Shown: one piece after another, positions 1-11,943 of the stretch
Position numbering within the stretch: the first letter of the stretch is position 1
Layout: each line of letters starts with the position of its first letter
Assembly: GCA_020137815.1 (NCBI GenBank)
Contig: CM035350.1
Location: forward strand, 7,254,001 to 7,318,000
Direction: 5' to 3'
From: Hormiphora californensis
Taxonomy: Eukaryota; Animalia; Ctenophora
Length of the DNA: 64,000 nt
Notes under the pieces: generated by a model
Seen by the model: only the letters and a program-made list of their open reading frames with translations
Databases searched by the model: none
What the model was told of the DNA's origin: nothing
Position numbers and translations under genes: made by a program

Positions 1-413
1 GAACCCCTGTTGAGTAGCCCACAATACACTCCTCAACATTATTATTTGACGGCCACGCATCGTACCGGAACCAGAACGCTAGAGTGAACTCTTTAAAGCT
101 TCCAGTCCCTGTGTACTCTTGTATTGCATAGCTGACGTTGTCAGCAACAGATGGATACTGAATCTTATTAACACACCTATCTGAAAACAAAGAGATTTAG
201 TGATCGATATTCAGTAGGTTATTAACCGTTAGCCTGTTCTTTTTTTGACAAACAGGTCAACTGGAATTTTACAACCGTCATTCATTCCAAGATGGTTTGG
301 ATAGTGATTTGGTTTAACCAAATTGGTTTACCAAAAACCCCAAAATAGTTGTTACCTGTTGCTCCACATTCTGGTGCCAAGACTAAGAGAATTAACACAA
401 ACACCAACAACAT
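1..413 (-). CDS. Secreted pentraxin-like protein, tandem paralog; exon 413-356 and exon 180-<1 (runs off window)
   Basis: Close copy of 2822-3246 including the intron. Signal peptide MLLVFVLILLVLAPECGAT, then DRCVNKIQYPSVAD..FKEFTLAFWFR. GT-AG splice sites. Confidence 0.75.
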
Positions 414-1139
414 GCCTCTAAGCGGGAAATAGCTATAACATCGAGGCGGAATCAGTATTACACGTTAATAATGTTGGAGATGTTAGAGATGCATGATTCA
501 GGGAATAGTTCAAGTGAGAGTGGACAGAATCAGAATTGGACAAGTTTGTTGGAGGTAGTAGAGATTAGTTCTATGAGCATTTTGCCTTTTTACCGCTCAA
601 AATCGACCCATCCATCACTGAGATATTTTTGTTACTCTCGGGGAATTCCTGCTGGATCAATATTTATCAAACAGGATAGTAAAGTCGGATTTTTTGAGTT
701 GTCACCCGCCTTATAGCAATGGTATGTGACCTGGCATGTACCAGTTGCCATGCATCCTTCTAATTGGGTGTGGTACTGATAGGGCGCAATTATAATCTGG
801 GTGCCTTGCAGTGTGTTTACAGGTGCACGCTGCCAAAAAAAGTACACCTAAAACCACTTAGACCGACTTTTTTCAAACAGCTATAGCCATATGGCCGATT
901 TGAATAAACTAAACGGTATCTGATAGAGAATCATTCACCCGGGCGGGGAAAAATCCGACTTTAACAATCCCTGTGTTTTACTATATATACTACAACGGGT
1001 GATTTTCTCCCATAAATGCGTCTGATTAACGACTATTACACACCATTTAGTGTTGAAGTCAACTCATGTTTTGGTAAAATATTCAACTGCATGATATTTC
1101 TGAATCAGTACTGATGTCCGAAACTCCCTCTCTCTCACC

Positions 1140-1145
<6 letters not shown>

Positions 1146-1228
<83 letters not shown>
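1146..1228. repeat. (CT)n microsatellite
   Basis: Direct reading. Similar tracts at 27017-27182, 27961-28040, 39019-39118, 46714-46845, 51096-51170, 57481-57580, 61735-61880 and 62173-62316. Confidence 0.98.
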
Positions 1229-1235
<7 letters not shown>

Positions 1236-2168
1236 CTCTCGCTTGTATGCTGCATTTAGAAAAAAAGAAAGAAAGACTCTGGACAAGGATCAATATTATG
1301 CACTGGGAAGAAAGCGATATTAGCAGAGACCTCTATGGATTTAGAGAGCTACCAACTCCCATACTAGTCTAAAAATCCGAGCACACGCTAAAACGATCAT
1401 CTGGGCAGGGAAAATATAAAGTTGTTCAAGTTGTATGATATAAATATAATAATGCTCGATCGTTGAGCTTGAGTTGACCCTCTCCCTTTATCTGTATCTC
1501 TCTTTTTTCTCTATAGTCTCTCCATATATCTCACTCCGTGACTAGCCTTTAATAATTCTTTAACTAGCTTTAATAATTCTTTGCCTTGGATTATCTCTCC
1601 ATTCTTTTATGTGTCTCTTACTCAAGCATCGGCGTGCCAAAGCTAATGGCTTTGTTTTTCATAATGGTTATATTGAGTTGAGGCCAAAAAGAGTTAGATG
1701 GATAGAGAGGGAGAGATAGAGAGAGACATCTTTCTAACTATCTGTCTATCTGTCTGTCTGTCATATCTGTCTTTATGTCTGTCTTTATGTCTGCCTGTCT
1801 ATCTGTCCGTCTGACTGCTCGTGGGAATAATTATTAACTCTGTGCCTGCTATTGCCAAAATGATTCAGCTGTTAGTATAAGTAACCCTTTCAACAAACTA
1901 ACTGAGGTTATCGAAAAAGCTGAAAACTTCCATCTTCAAGTTAAAACCCCTGAAAAAATTCCCTTTTGTGTCGGATGATTTCACCAATCACCCTAATCCC
2001 CCTAGCCTCTGATCACTATGATTAACCCAGGCTCCAACAAAGTGCACAAAAAGTGAGATATCTGGGTTTAAGGTCTGCTTTGAGGTCACCTCGCGTCCTC
2101 AGCAAATTATAATTATCCCACCGAGCCCGAGAGATAAGAAGGTAGAAGAAGAGGATGAAGAAACATAC

Positions 2169-3239
2169 CTTTCTCACAAATTGTGTATGAGATGTCAATG
2201 TCACCGTATCCCGTTAGACTATTAATCATGTTCTTCCCGGTTGGAAGGACTCTTGTGATGTACAACGACGCTACCTCGTCCGAATTGAGTGCTTCGCTTG
2301 AGAAGAATGGCTGTTTGACTTGTCCCGTACAGGACTGTCCCGAGTTAAATGTACTTGGATCTCCTGGTTTGTCTTGATCCTAGGGAGGTTTAGAATCAAT
2401 AAATGGTATTTAGTTGACACATTGCAGTTCTAGATTACTCAAGGTAGTTTAATTACCTGACCAAAGATCTGGTATCCCGCTTTAAGATTCCGATAGCTAG
2501 CAAGATCGTCCCTAGACACTGTTTCTACACCTTTCTCGTAGATCTTTAGGCCACCAGAATTGGTATTGAATGTGACTGTGTAGTGGTTCCAGGTTCCCAG
2601 TGAAATCGTAGTTGTTGTCACTAAAAAATAATGTGTTAACTGTATTGGCCTTGTGCATTTGATTTAGTTCTGGTTTTGTTTCTACTCACTAATATATTAA
2701 AATATGTAACTTACAAATTTTATTGTCCTTAGCATAGCGAAAATGCAGTTTTTTGTATGATTTAGCAAACCACGAATCAAGGGATTCATCGTTCAAATCT
2801 TGTGTTGTTAACTGACCGGCGGGAACCCCTGTTGAGTAGCCCATGACGCATTCATAATCATTTAATGGCCACGCATCGTACCGGAACCAGAACGCTAGAG
2901 TGAACTCTTTAAAGCTTCCAGTCCCTGTGTACTCTTGTATTGCATAGCTGACCTTGTCAGCAACAGATGGATACTGAATCTTATCAACACACCTATCTGA
3001 AAACAAAGAGATTCTGTGATCGATATTCAGTAGGTTGTTAACCGTTCGCCCGTTTTTTTGTTGACAAAACAAACAGATCAACTTGCATTTTACAACCGTC
3101 ATTCATTCCAAGATGGTTTGGATAGTGGTTTTGAGCTTACATTACCAAAAAACCCAAAATAGTTGTTACCTGTAGCTGTGGCTGTTGCTCCACTTTCGAG
3201 TGCCAAGGCTAAGAGAATTAGCACAAATACTAACAACAT
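2169..3239 (-). CDS. Secreted pentraxin/LamG-domain protein; exons 3239-3170, 2996-2715, 2620-2457, 2379-2169; last exon not resolved
   Basis: Signal peptide; FTLAFWFR; WNHYTVTF (pentraxin HxCxTW-like); IFGQ|DQD (pentraxin GQEQD-like). Splice phases are consistent. Confidence 0.75.
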
Positions 3240-3552
3240 GCCTCTAATGCTTTGCCCCCTCCATCCATCTCGATCACCGATTATCCTAGAATATCCTTGA
3301 TGGTATTAACCTCTCCCTCTCCCTCTCTAGATACTTATATTATATTAACGTGACTGCTATCAGCTATCTTTGTCCTACTATCACAACACTGATACAGGCA
3401 CCTCACTGAGCGATCTCTCCCCTCTCAGCCCCCCCCCCTCCCCTTAACTGAACCCTCCCTCTCTCCTCTCAGCCCCCCTCCCCTTAACTGAACCCTCCCT
3501 CTCTCCTCACAGCCCCCCCCCCTCTAACTGAACCCTCCCTCTCCCCTCCCAG

Positions 3553-5095
3553 GCCCTGCAGCAGCAGCCCGTGCTCTGCTCAGTAAAAGCAAGCAGGACT
3601 ACTTCTCCAGCTGCCAGACCGCTCAGGAGCACCACATTGACCATGCCCTGTTGGCTCACTACCAGCAAAGTGTGGCGAACAGGAGGAAAGTCCTGGACAG
3701 GGAGCTGGAGGTGCTTCGGGAGCACTTCCCAACTCGCCACGATACCCTCAACCAGACCTTTGAACACGCGGGTACTAACCGGGCACGAGTGGAGGAGTTA
3801 AATACCCTGATAACATATCTGAGCAGCAAGGTATCAAGGTTGGAGGGGGAGTTGGAGAGTCAGCAGACGAGTGAGTTGCAGAAGTTAAGGGATGTTGCAC
3901 AGGCCCAGAAGGAGGAAGATGATAGAGTTATGGAGGAGAGGTTGAAAGCCCAGGCAGAGCAACTCAAGTATCAGCATGAGATTGCGGTTCATACTGAGGT
4001 TGAGAATGCGGTGGCGGCGGCTCGAGAGGAGGCTTCCCGACATTCTGAGCGACAGGCTGAGCTACTTAAACAGGAAATGAAGGTGAATACTGAACGAGAA
4101 ATCAGGAATTTGACATCGTTTTGGAGTGACGAGGCAGCTCTAAGGGAGGCTACTGTGGAGGTCGAGTACCAGGGACGATTGGAGAAAAGTAAAGTCGTCT
4201 TAGAGAAGGTCAGGGAAAATATCGAGGCTCAAAACGGAAGTTATGATAAGATTCTGATAGCGAGAAGACTACTAAACCTAACCACGGACATCTATGAGAC
4301 TGCCAATGCAGGTATGTTGTTTTTGTTGGCTTTTGGGACAATTTTTTTGGGATTTCTAAATTCTACTTGCTCTGGTGATTTTATTTGTCTTCGTTAATCT
4401 TTCTTTGTTACAGCTACAGGACCTGATAATACCAAGCTGAAGGAAACTGTTGATTGCTTGCGGAGTGAGTTTTCTACAGATTCTCTCGTGGACGCTGTGA
4501 CATCATCAATGACGTCATCTCTTTCTGTTCCTCTCGCCTCCTTTGGTGCTCTCTCCGCTCAACTAGATGACCTGGAGCCTCAATGCAGGAGGGTGGCCCT
4601 GGTTACAGGATCAGATTGTGGCTTTGGATCACGTGTCGCATCCCTTGCCTTGGCAACCCTGACCCTTAGGGATGATGAATATGACACCAAACCAGAGTGA
4701 GTCACTATAATTAGTCAATTATTGCTAATTGGGCAAAACTCCCGCCCTCCCCCCCCCACTTTTCCGCTGGAATTTAATGTTAATAGTATTATCACTAGGG
4801 ATGGTGGCTGTGCAACGTTTTACCATCTGACCAAGGCCCAGGCGGAGATGAGTGCCAACAACCTAGACCTAGCTGCACGTCACGTCAACCAAATGGAGGG
4901 GGAACCGAGATCACTAGTAACGGTCAGTAGCAGTTAAAATAGGACAAGACTTGTTGTATTGACTTAGTATATATATTGCATTTTTAACCCTTCCTCAATT
5001 GTTTTCAGGAATGGCTGAGAGACGCTCGAGCACTCCTGGAATTGCAGCAATCTGCTAAAGTCCTCCTAAATTACGCCAAATCACTGAACCACTGA
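3553..5095 (+). CDS. IMMT: Mic60/mitofilin, C-terminal part; exons 3553-4311, 4414-4696, 4799-4922, 5009-5095; 5' exons not found
   Basis: Long coiled coil, then the mitofilin domain: CRRVALV..LASLAL, NLDLAARHVNQMEGEPR..EWLRDARALLELQQ. Confidence 0.85.
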
Positions 5096-5342
5096 ATTTA
5101 CTAATTATACACCAATTGGAGCTTTTTCATTAAGTTATTTTCCGATTGATATTTGTTTGTGAGAGTATGTGTTCTTAGAAAAGTTGAGAGCTGTATATCG
5201 GTAATTCTGGAACTTTTTTTCAGAAAAAGTAATATCTTGTTTTATTCCTTTATATTCACGGAGTTGAACACCTTACTCAACGTCCTATCCTAATTCCTAT
5301 ACCCTATGTAGCCCCTTTATCTAGCACCCTGCGTGAAGTGCC

Positions 5343-6192
5343 ATGCGTCTCACACCGGATATGATCGAGGAGGCGGCACAGTTTGTGAATCCTCTGAAAG
5401 AGAGAGAACTAGATCTCAGGGATAGGAAGATTCCTGTAGTGGAGAATTTAGCTGTAACTCTTGATCAGGTATTGGGTGATTTGGGTAAAAAAGAAGTGTG
5501 ATTTTGTGAAAGAGAATGCCCACATTTTATTTTGAGGGTCATCTTAGTTCATAGAACTGTATTACTTGTTATTCTTAGTTATATTACTTGTGATTTGGGT
5601 TGGGACATTGTAGTCGACGTTTACTTGTCCCATTCTAACCTCTTCTCCTTTCCCCCAGTTTGATTGCATCGATTTCTCGGATAATGAACTCCGAAAGCTA
5701 GATGGATTTCCCCTCCTCTCACGTCTCTCAATGCTCATTTGCAACAACAATAAAATAATTAAAATTGCAGAGGATCTCTATGCGGCCATCCCTAACATTG
5801 AGACACTGGTTCTAACGGGGAACACTCTTGAAGAGCTGGGCGATCTGAAGGGCCTCGCCAAGCTCACCAAACTCAAGTATCTCTCTCTAATGAGGAATCC
5901 AGTAGCTGCCAAGAATCACTACCGCTCATATGTCATCTACACCTGCCCCAGTGTCCGGGTTCTAGACTACAAGAGAGTCAAACATCAGGAGAGAGTGGCT
6001 GCCAGGAAAATGTTTGCTGGAAAGAAGAAGGCAGCGATAGAAGCAGCCAAGACGTTTACCCCTGGTGAACCGGTGAAGCAGACGCCAGCTGATAAGGAGG
6101 CGATCAAGGCAGCCATCGCTAAGGCATCCTCGCTGGATGAGATCCGGAGATTGGAGATGATGCTCAATTCGGGTACTATACCTGGTTTCTGA
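5343..6192 (+). CDS. SNRPA1: U2 snRNP protein A'; exons 5343-5468, 5659-6192
   Basis: MRLTPDMIEEAAQFVNPLKERELDLR..TLDQ|FDCIDFSDNELRKLDGFPLL; C-terminal IKAAIAKASSLDEIRRLE. Confidence 0.95.
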
Positions 6193-6891
6193 TTGTGACA
6201 TGTTACGGGCACAATATCAGAGCGTGTGTGAGATATAAGACTCAATATTTTTATTACGGATAATTATATTTTATTTCCTTCCCCCTTTTATTTGTCGTTT
6301 TGCCCTGGTAAGAACAGATACCAAGAGAGAAGCGATTTAAAAGTTTTAGTCAATGCTGACTTTTAATTGTTTTTGAGACATACCTAATCTCCTCCTATTC
6401 CGCTTTAGCGCATGGAAAGAATCGGAAGGGACAGCTCTATTTAAAAAAAGGGTAAGTTGTATAATCCACCGAATAATCATTTACATAATCTCATTTATTC
6501 CTCACACACACGCCACCCAACTCATTTTGTGGCCAATCTTTCCAGTCACAGTTTGTTGCGTGACTTGCAGGCACGCGCGGGGTCTCCCCTCTGGTGGGAT
6601 ACGGTATACAGGCATTGTATAGATGCGCGTCCCACTTCTGTTTCTTCAATTTGGCCAAAGCTACCAATTCACTGCTTTTTCAGGTAAGTAAGACTGCTTC
6701 ATATGTTTTCTCCTCCAATAATGAAAGCAGTGCAAGGAGAGGTGTTGTGTTTCCTTATCAAGAGAGGGACACCTAAATCCATGGAAAATTTCTAGCGTCA
6801 CATGACCTGAAATTACACTCAGAGGCAGACTAAGACGGAGAGAGAGAGAGAGTACATTGTACATCCTACTCTAGTTGGCAGTCGACTGATT

Positions 6892-7307
6892 ATGTTGTCC
6901 GTTGGTTCTCTCCTTCCTTCTCTCCTTTGTATATACAACTGCCGCCGACCGGCAATGTGGGGTAGGTTACACTTAGTTTGTGTTATTTTTTGTGACAAAC
7001 TGAAACCAGTCAGCTGTTACACAGAATGTAACTTCATTTCCCTTAGAGTTCCTACTGTGATTCCCTAACTCCGGACTGCTGTCACACATACAGCGATGGG
7101 TATTCAATCTACTACTGCTGTGACAAACTCGCTTGGTTGAAGATTGTCGGAGGTGTGATTGGTGTCCTCGCCGCCCTCTGCCTGTTCGTGTGGTTCAAGT
7201 GGCCCTCACAGTTTGAGAGCTTCTGTTCGGGGGTGTGGGACTTCCTAAAGTGTGGTTGGATCAGGAGAAACTTTGTGGACGAAGATGGTGGATATCAGGC
7301 CATTTAG
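6892..7307 (+). CDS. Small Cys-rich single-pass membrane protein (Shisa/WBP1/VOPP1-like); exons ~6892-6961 and 7047-7307; start frame problematic
   Basis: Hand translation: ..PLVLSFLLSFVYTTAADRQCG|SSYCDSLTPDCCHTYSDGYSIYYCCDKLAWLKIVGGVIGVLAALCLFVWF..YQAI*. The ATG at 6892 is 1 nt out of frame with this reading. Confidence 0.6.
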
Positions 7308-7482
7308 AGAGACTCAACTTACTGAGGGAACTAACTTACTGAATAACTGTTGTTTTTTATTGAAGATCAAAGCTAGGAATATATGTTTTGTAAGACATAA
7401 TTTCGACCGTTTTGTATTACCCATTTATATTTCTCGCACCCCCCCCCCCCCCCTAAACTAACCCCCTGATCCCTTTCTAGCT

Positions 7483-8304
7483 ATGAGCTCAGTTAAAGAG
7501 CGGTTGAAAGCCCAGATAGAGGTCGAGTCTTCCGCTTCTTCTGCATCTTCCTCGCAGTCAGCGAAGGAAAAGCAATCAACGCAAGAATCTGAGGAGCAGG
7601 CGAAAATGCAGGTACCCTATTTACAGCGAACCGAGCATCGATGATTAGTTATTCCTTGTCTTGTTCAAATCGGCAGTTGTCTCTCTTTTCCAACTACAGC
7701 TCTCACTCTCACCTCTGCAGATTTTAGTTGCCTCACTGGGAGATGACCAGTTGGATCGGTATGAGGCATTTCGGAGGTCCAAGTTCCCCCAGGCTCAGGT
7801 CAAGAAGATGGTCCAGGGAATGACAGGGGTGGCACCTTCAGCCAACTGTACAATAGCTCTATCAGGTAATCAGAATCTCCCAACTGTTGTTTTCCACCCT
7901 GGATTAAAAATAGTATAGTGTGTAGTAGACAGTAGTAATATTGTGATCACATGGGAGGAGGGAAGTAGATATATGAGAAAAGAGAAACAGTGAATTTAGT
8001 AGCATGGTGTATGTTCTTGTACAGCTGCAGTCAGAAGATTTGAACAGTTGTGTGTGTGTGTATTGAGCTGTGCCTAATTAGAAAACTATGAAGATGCTAA
8101 ACAAATCATCCCATGTTTCTCATGTCAGGTATTGCGAAGGTGTTGGTGGGTCAGATCGTTGAAGAGTCGTTAGACATCCAGGGGACACAGAAAGAGAGTG
8201 GACCAATTCACCCTAAACACATCAGAGAAGCAATCAGGAAAATGAGAAACAAAGGACTTCTGGGGATCAGTAAACACAGGAAATGCAAACTAAAACGACT
8301 GTGA
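7483..8304 (+). CDS. TAF11: TFIID subunit 11; exons 7483-7611, 7721-7865, 8129-8304
   Basis: KMQ|ILVASLGDDQLDRYEAFRRSKFP..IALS|GIAKVLVGQIVEESLD..GPIHPKHIREAIR histone-fold motifs. Confidence 0.92.
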
Positions 8305-8550
8305 AGAGACACAACTGTGATTTCACAGTGTATCAGAAAGCCAAATTCGCCCATGAACTGAAGAAATATATTCCGTTTGGGAAGACAGTTGAGGCTAATA
8401 TATTTGTTATATTGTTGCTTCATGATTTGACCTCCAAATTACAACAGTACCGTATCAACCACACACACACACACACACACACATACAGTACACACACATG
8501 TATGTTCTACTACTCACCCTCCCTCTCTTACCGATATAGCTATGTCATGA

Positions 8551-11500
8551 ATGGTGTCTCTAGAAGAACAGGTCAGTATCAACCAACTTCTGTTGCCTAG
8601 CTAGACCTTGTTTTGTGCAACACTTCTTGTACTATGTTTTAGTATACCCATTGATTACCAATACAAATATACCGCCAATTATCCTCTTAATCCCCCTCTT
8701 CTGTACCCATCTAATCCCCCTCTTCTGTACCCATCTAATCCCCCTCTTCTGTACCCATCTAATCCCCCTCTTCTGTACCCATCTAATCCCCCTCTTCTGT
8801 ACCCATCTAATCCCCCTCTTCTGTACCCATCTAATCCCCCTCTTCTGTACCCATCTAATCCCCCCTCTCCCCAGGATTGGTATTGGGGTAGTGTAGAGAG
8901 GGACGTGGTGTGTGGTGAGTTAGAAGACAGGCTAGATGGTACATTCATTGTAAGGGATGGCACTGCTCCACCTGATAAAACACTCCACGTGGTATACAAG
9001 GGTGTTACAAAGCACCTCAAGATACTGGTCAGGGGAGAGGGCCTAGTGGGACTCTCTCCGGACAAACTGATATTTGGGAGTGTAGTGGAACTCATCAACC
9101 ACTATAGGTACTTTAAATATCTGATATCGGGGGAGGGGAGCCATTAATCTATCGAACCCTCATAGAGCGTGCTCGCTCGTCATTTTATAAAATAGAATGA
9201 CGGTGTGTCGATCTGCGTCGATCTATTACCACAGCTACACACATCTACCCTCCACTGCCACACTTGCCCACAAAACTCTCTCATTGCAGTGAGACGACGC
9301 TGGCAACACACAACATTAATTTAAATGTACGACTGACTAACCCACTGAAAAAGAGGGAGAATGAGGACATTTTGGCACTGTTCGGTAACTCCGAGGATCC
9401 AACGTGGCACTCCTATGTGAATGTGTTTCTGGAATCGGAGATTAGGTACATATTCAATTTCTCTCCCAACCTACGTCCTACAACAACCTCCCCAACCTAA
9501 AACCTCTCCCAACACCCCCCAACCTAAAACCTCTCCCGACATCCCCCAACCTACAACCTCCCCCAACCTAAAACCTCTCCTAACCTCCCCCATGCTAAAA
9601 CCTCTCCCAACACACCCCCCCCCCCCCCCAACCTAAAATCTCTCCCAACCTCCCCCATCCTAAAACATCTCCCAACGTCCCCCAACCTAAAACCTCTCCC
9701 AACGTCCCCCAACCTAAAACCTCCCTTAACCTAACACCTCCCCCATCCCTGCAGGGCCAAGAAAATGGAGCGTGTACTGGAGAGTTTGGAAGCTAAAAAA
9801 GAAGAACTTCAACAGTTATCCTACGAGATAACAGCGGAGAACCTCCTTAAAGAGTTGAGAGAAGAGCAGTTGTTACACGAGAATATGGCACTCAACCACT
9901 TTAGCAAGGAATATCACGAGAAGGTGAGGAAGAACTTTGCTGACCAGAGGAAGAGGATACTGACCTCGGAGGAAAATCTTGAGGTAAGTTGGGGGGTCTA
10001 GAGGGGGTAAAGGGGGTTGTGGAGGTAAATTGGGCTGGGGTCTATTATAGGGGGGTTGTGGAGGTACATTTTGGGGTCTAGAGGGGTTGTTGATGTAAAT
10101 TTTGGGGGCTAGAGGGGAGGTCGTTGTGGCTTCTCATTGCTTATTAATAGGACAGTGGGAATAAGCAGCTTTCGTAGCAAGGGTGATTGGGGTGAAACGT
10201 TTGGTTGGGAATGTTGGAATTTCTCGGTGGAATTTGAGGCGAGTGAAGGGTGGGGTGAAGAAAATTCAAGAAGTTGTGGCTGAGTTCTCTAGAACCGGAA
10301 CTTGCTTTATCTGTTTTACTGATAAGGTGAAATGTCCAATAAACTTATAAGAGGCCTATTTTATTACACAAGTGTCTCCCCGTACTGAATACCACCCCGT
10401 ACTGAATACCACCCTGTACTGAATACCACCCCGTACTGAATACCACCCGTACTGAATACCACCCCGTAAAAAGGTGTTGTTGAGTAACCCCTAATACTCA
10501 ACCCCCCCTCCCCTCACTCAAGCCCTTACTCATCCCGTTACTTACAACCCCTAATACTCAACCCCCCCCCCCCTCACTCAAGCCCTTACTCATCCCATTA
10601 CTTACAACCTCTAATTATACTCAACCCCATCTCTGCCCTTACTCAACAATTAAGAATGCCCCATCGCTGCCCTCAATCAACAATTAAGAAGGCCCTATTT
10701 CTGCCCTAACTCAACAATTAAGAAGGCCCCATCTCTGCCCTTACTCAACAATTAAGGTCCTATTTCTACCCTTACTCAACAATTAAGAATGCCCCATCTC
10801 TGCCCTTACTCAACAATTAAGAAGGTCCCATCTCTGCAGGAGATCCAGGTTCGGATGCAGGGAGCAGGGGGTGAACTGAGGTCCCTGAGTATTGCCCGGG
10901 ATAAAATGAAGTCCGAGAAAGATGTCATATACAGGCACATGGATTGGTTGGAGAGGCTCCTTATGATGGAGGGGTGGGAACCAGCTAACATACAACGGTG
11001 CTTCAGGCCATTCTACCAGGACACAGGTTTATACATCCCCCCAACAAACTGAATATCTCTCATAGTTGGTACCCCCACTCAGTCCCCCCCCCCCCCCCAA
11101 CAAACTGAATATCTCTCATAGTTGGTACCCCCACTCAATCCCCCCCCCAACAAACTGAATATCTCTCATAGTTGGTACCCCCCACTCAATCCCCCCCCCC
11201 CCCCCACAAACTGCACTCAAACCCTCCCTACCCTATTATATTACTCTCTTCTCTCCCCCAACTCTCAATGATTGCCCGCAGGTTCCAGATTGTCTATACA
11301 GGGAATAAAGGAGATGTGGTTTGTGGGGTACATGGAAATGAAAGATGCACGGGAGATCCTAAAGGGACGTGATAATGGGACATTTCTAGTGCGACTTAAC
11401 GAGCGTAACGAATACATTCTCTCCCTTGTCAATCAGGTTAGAGCGGGAGCTTGATTGTGGATTCTGGGCGGGGTGGGGGTGACAATACGTAATAAGATTA

Positions 11501-11821
11501 TTGGGAGATTATTACACTCGCCCAGTTTTCTAGAAACATGTTTATGGGGCAATAGGGTGAGACAAACAATGACAGAATGGCGTTTATATGTCACATTTTA
11601 TTTCAATATCACAAATGTATATTCCCCGCCTGCAGGGTAAAGATAGCCACATAAAGATAAGAGAAGCAAATCATACCTTCTACCTGAAACCCTCGTGTCG
11701 GTTCAACTCGGTCGAAGAGCTAGTTAGCTTCTTTACTGAGCGGTCTTTGGCTCAGCAGCATGAAAAGTTTACTGTCTCCCTGGAGTTTCCTGCTAACGAT
11801 CCATGCTTCTTGGAATGCTAG
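8551..11821 (+). CDS. PIK3R: PI3K class IA regulatory subunit, short SH2-iSH2-SH2 (p55-like); exons 8551-8571, 8875-9107, 9290-9445, 9755-9983, 10840-11026, 11282-11436, 11636-11821
   Basis: MVSLEEQ|DWYWGSVER..DGTFIVRD (nSH2); coiled coil; WFVGYMEMKDAREILKGRDNGTFLVR (cSH2); SLAQQHEKFTVSLEFP. Confidence 0.85.
8687..8870. repeat. Intronic 24-bp minisatellite (~7.5 copies) abutting a splice acceptor
   Basis: (taatccccctcttctgtacccatc)n ending at CCCAG 8874. Confidence 0.95.
9485..9730. repeat. Intronic C-rich degenerate tandem repeat
   Basis: ccccaacctaaaacctctccc-type units. Confidence 0.85.
10377..10835. repeat. Cluster of intronic tandem repeats (20-bp, ~60-bp and ~32-bp units) ending at an acceptor
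   Basis: ccccgtactgaataccac x4; actcaacaattaagaaggcccc-like x7. Confidence 0.85.
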
Positions 11822-11943
11822 GATCTGTCCAGTTAGGGACCTCTTTTTTGCACGTACACGTGGCTATTTCTCTTTCTTTCATCGAGAAATCTCCCTTGTT
11901 ACTTGGATTATAATCTAAATTCAGAATTGCTTACACACATATT

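Noticed and set aside
1064-1323. ER/SL-repeat ORFs here and at the other (CT)n tracts
   Set aside because: Microsatellite translations.
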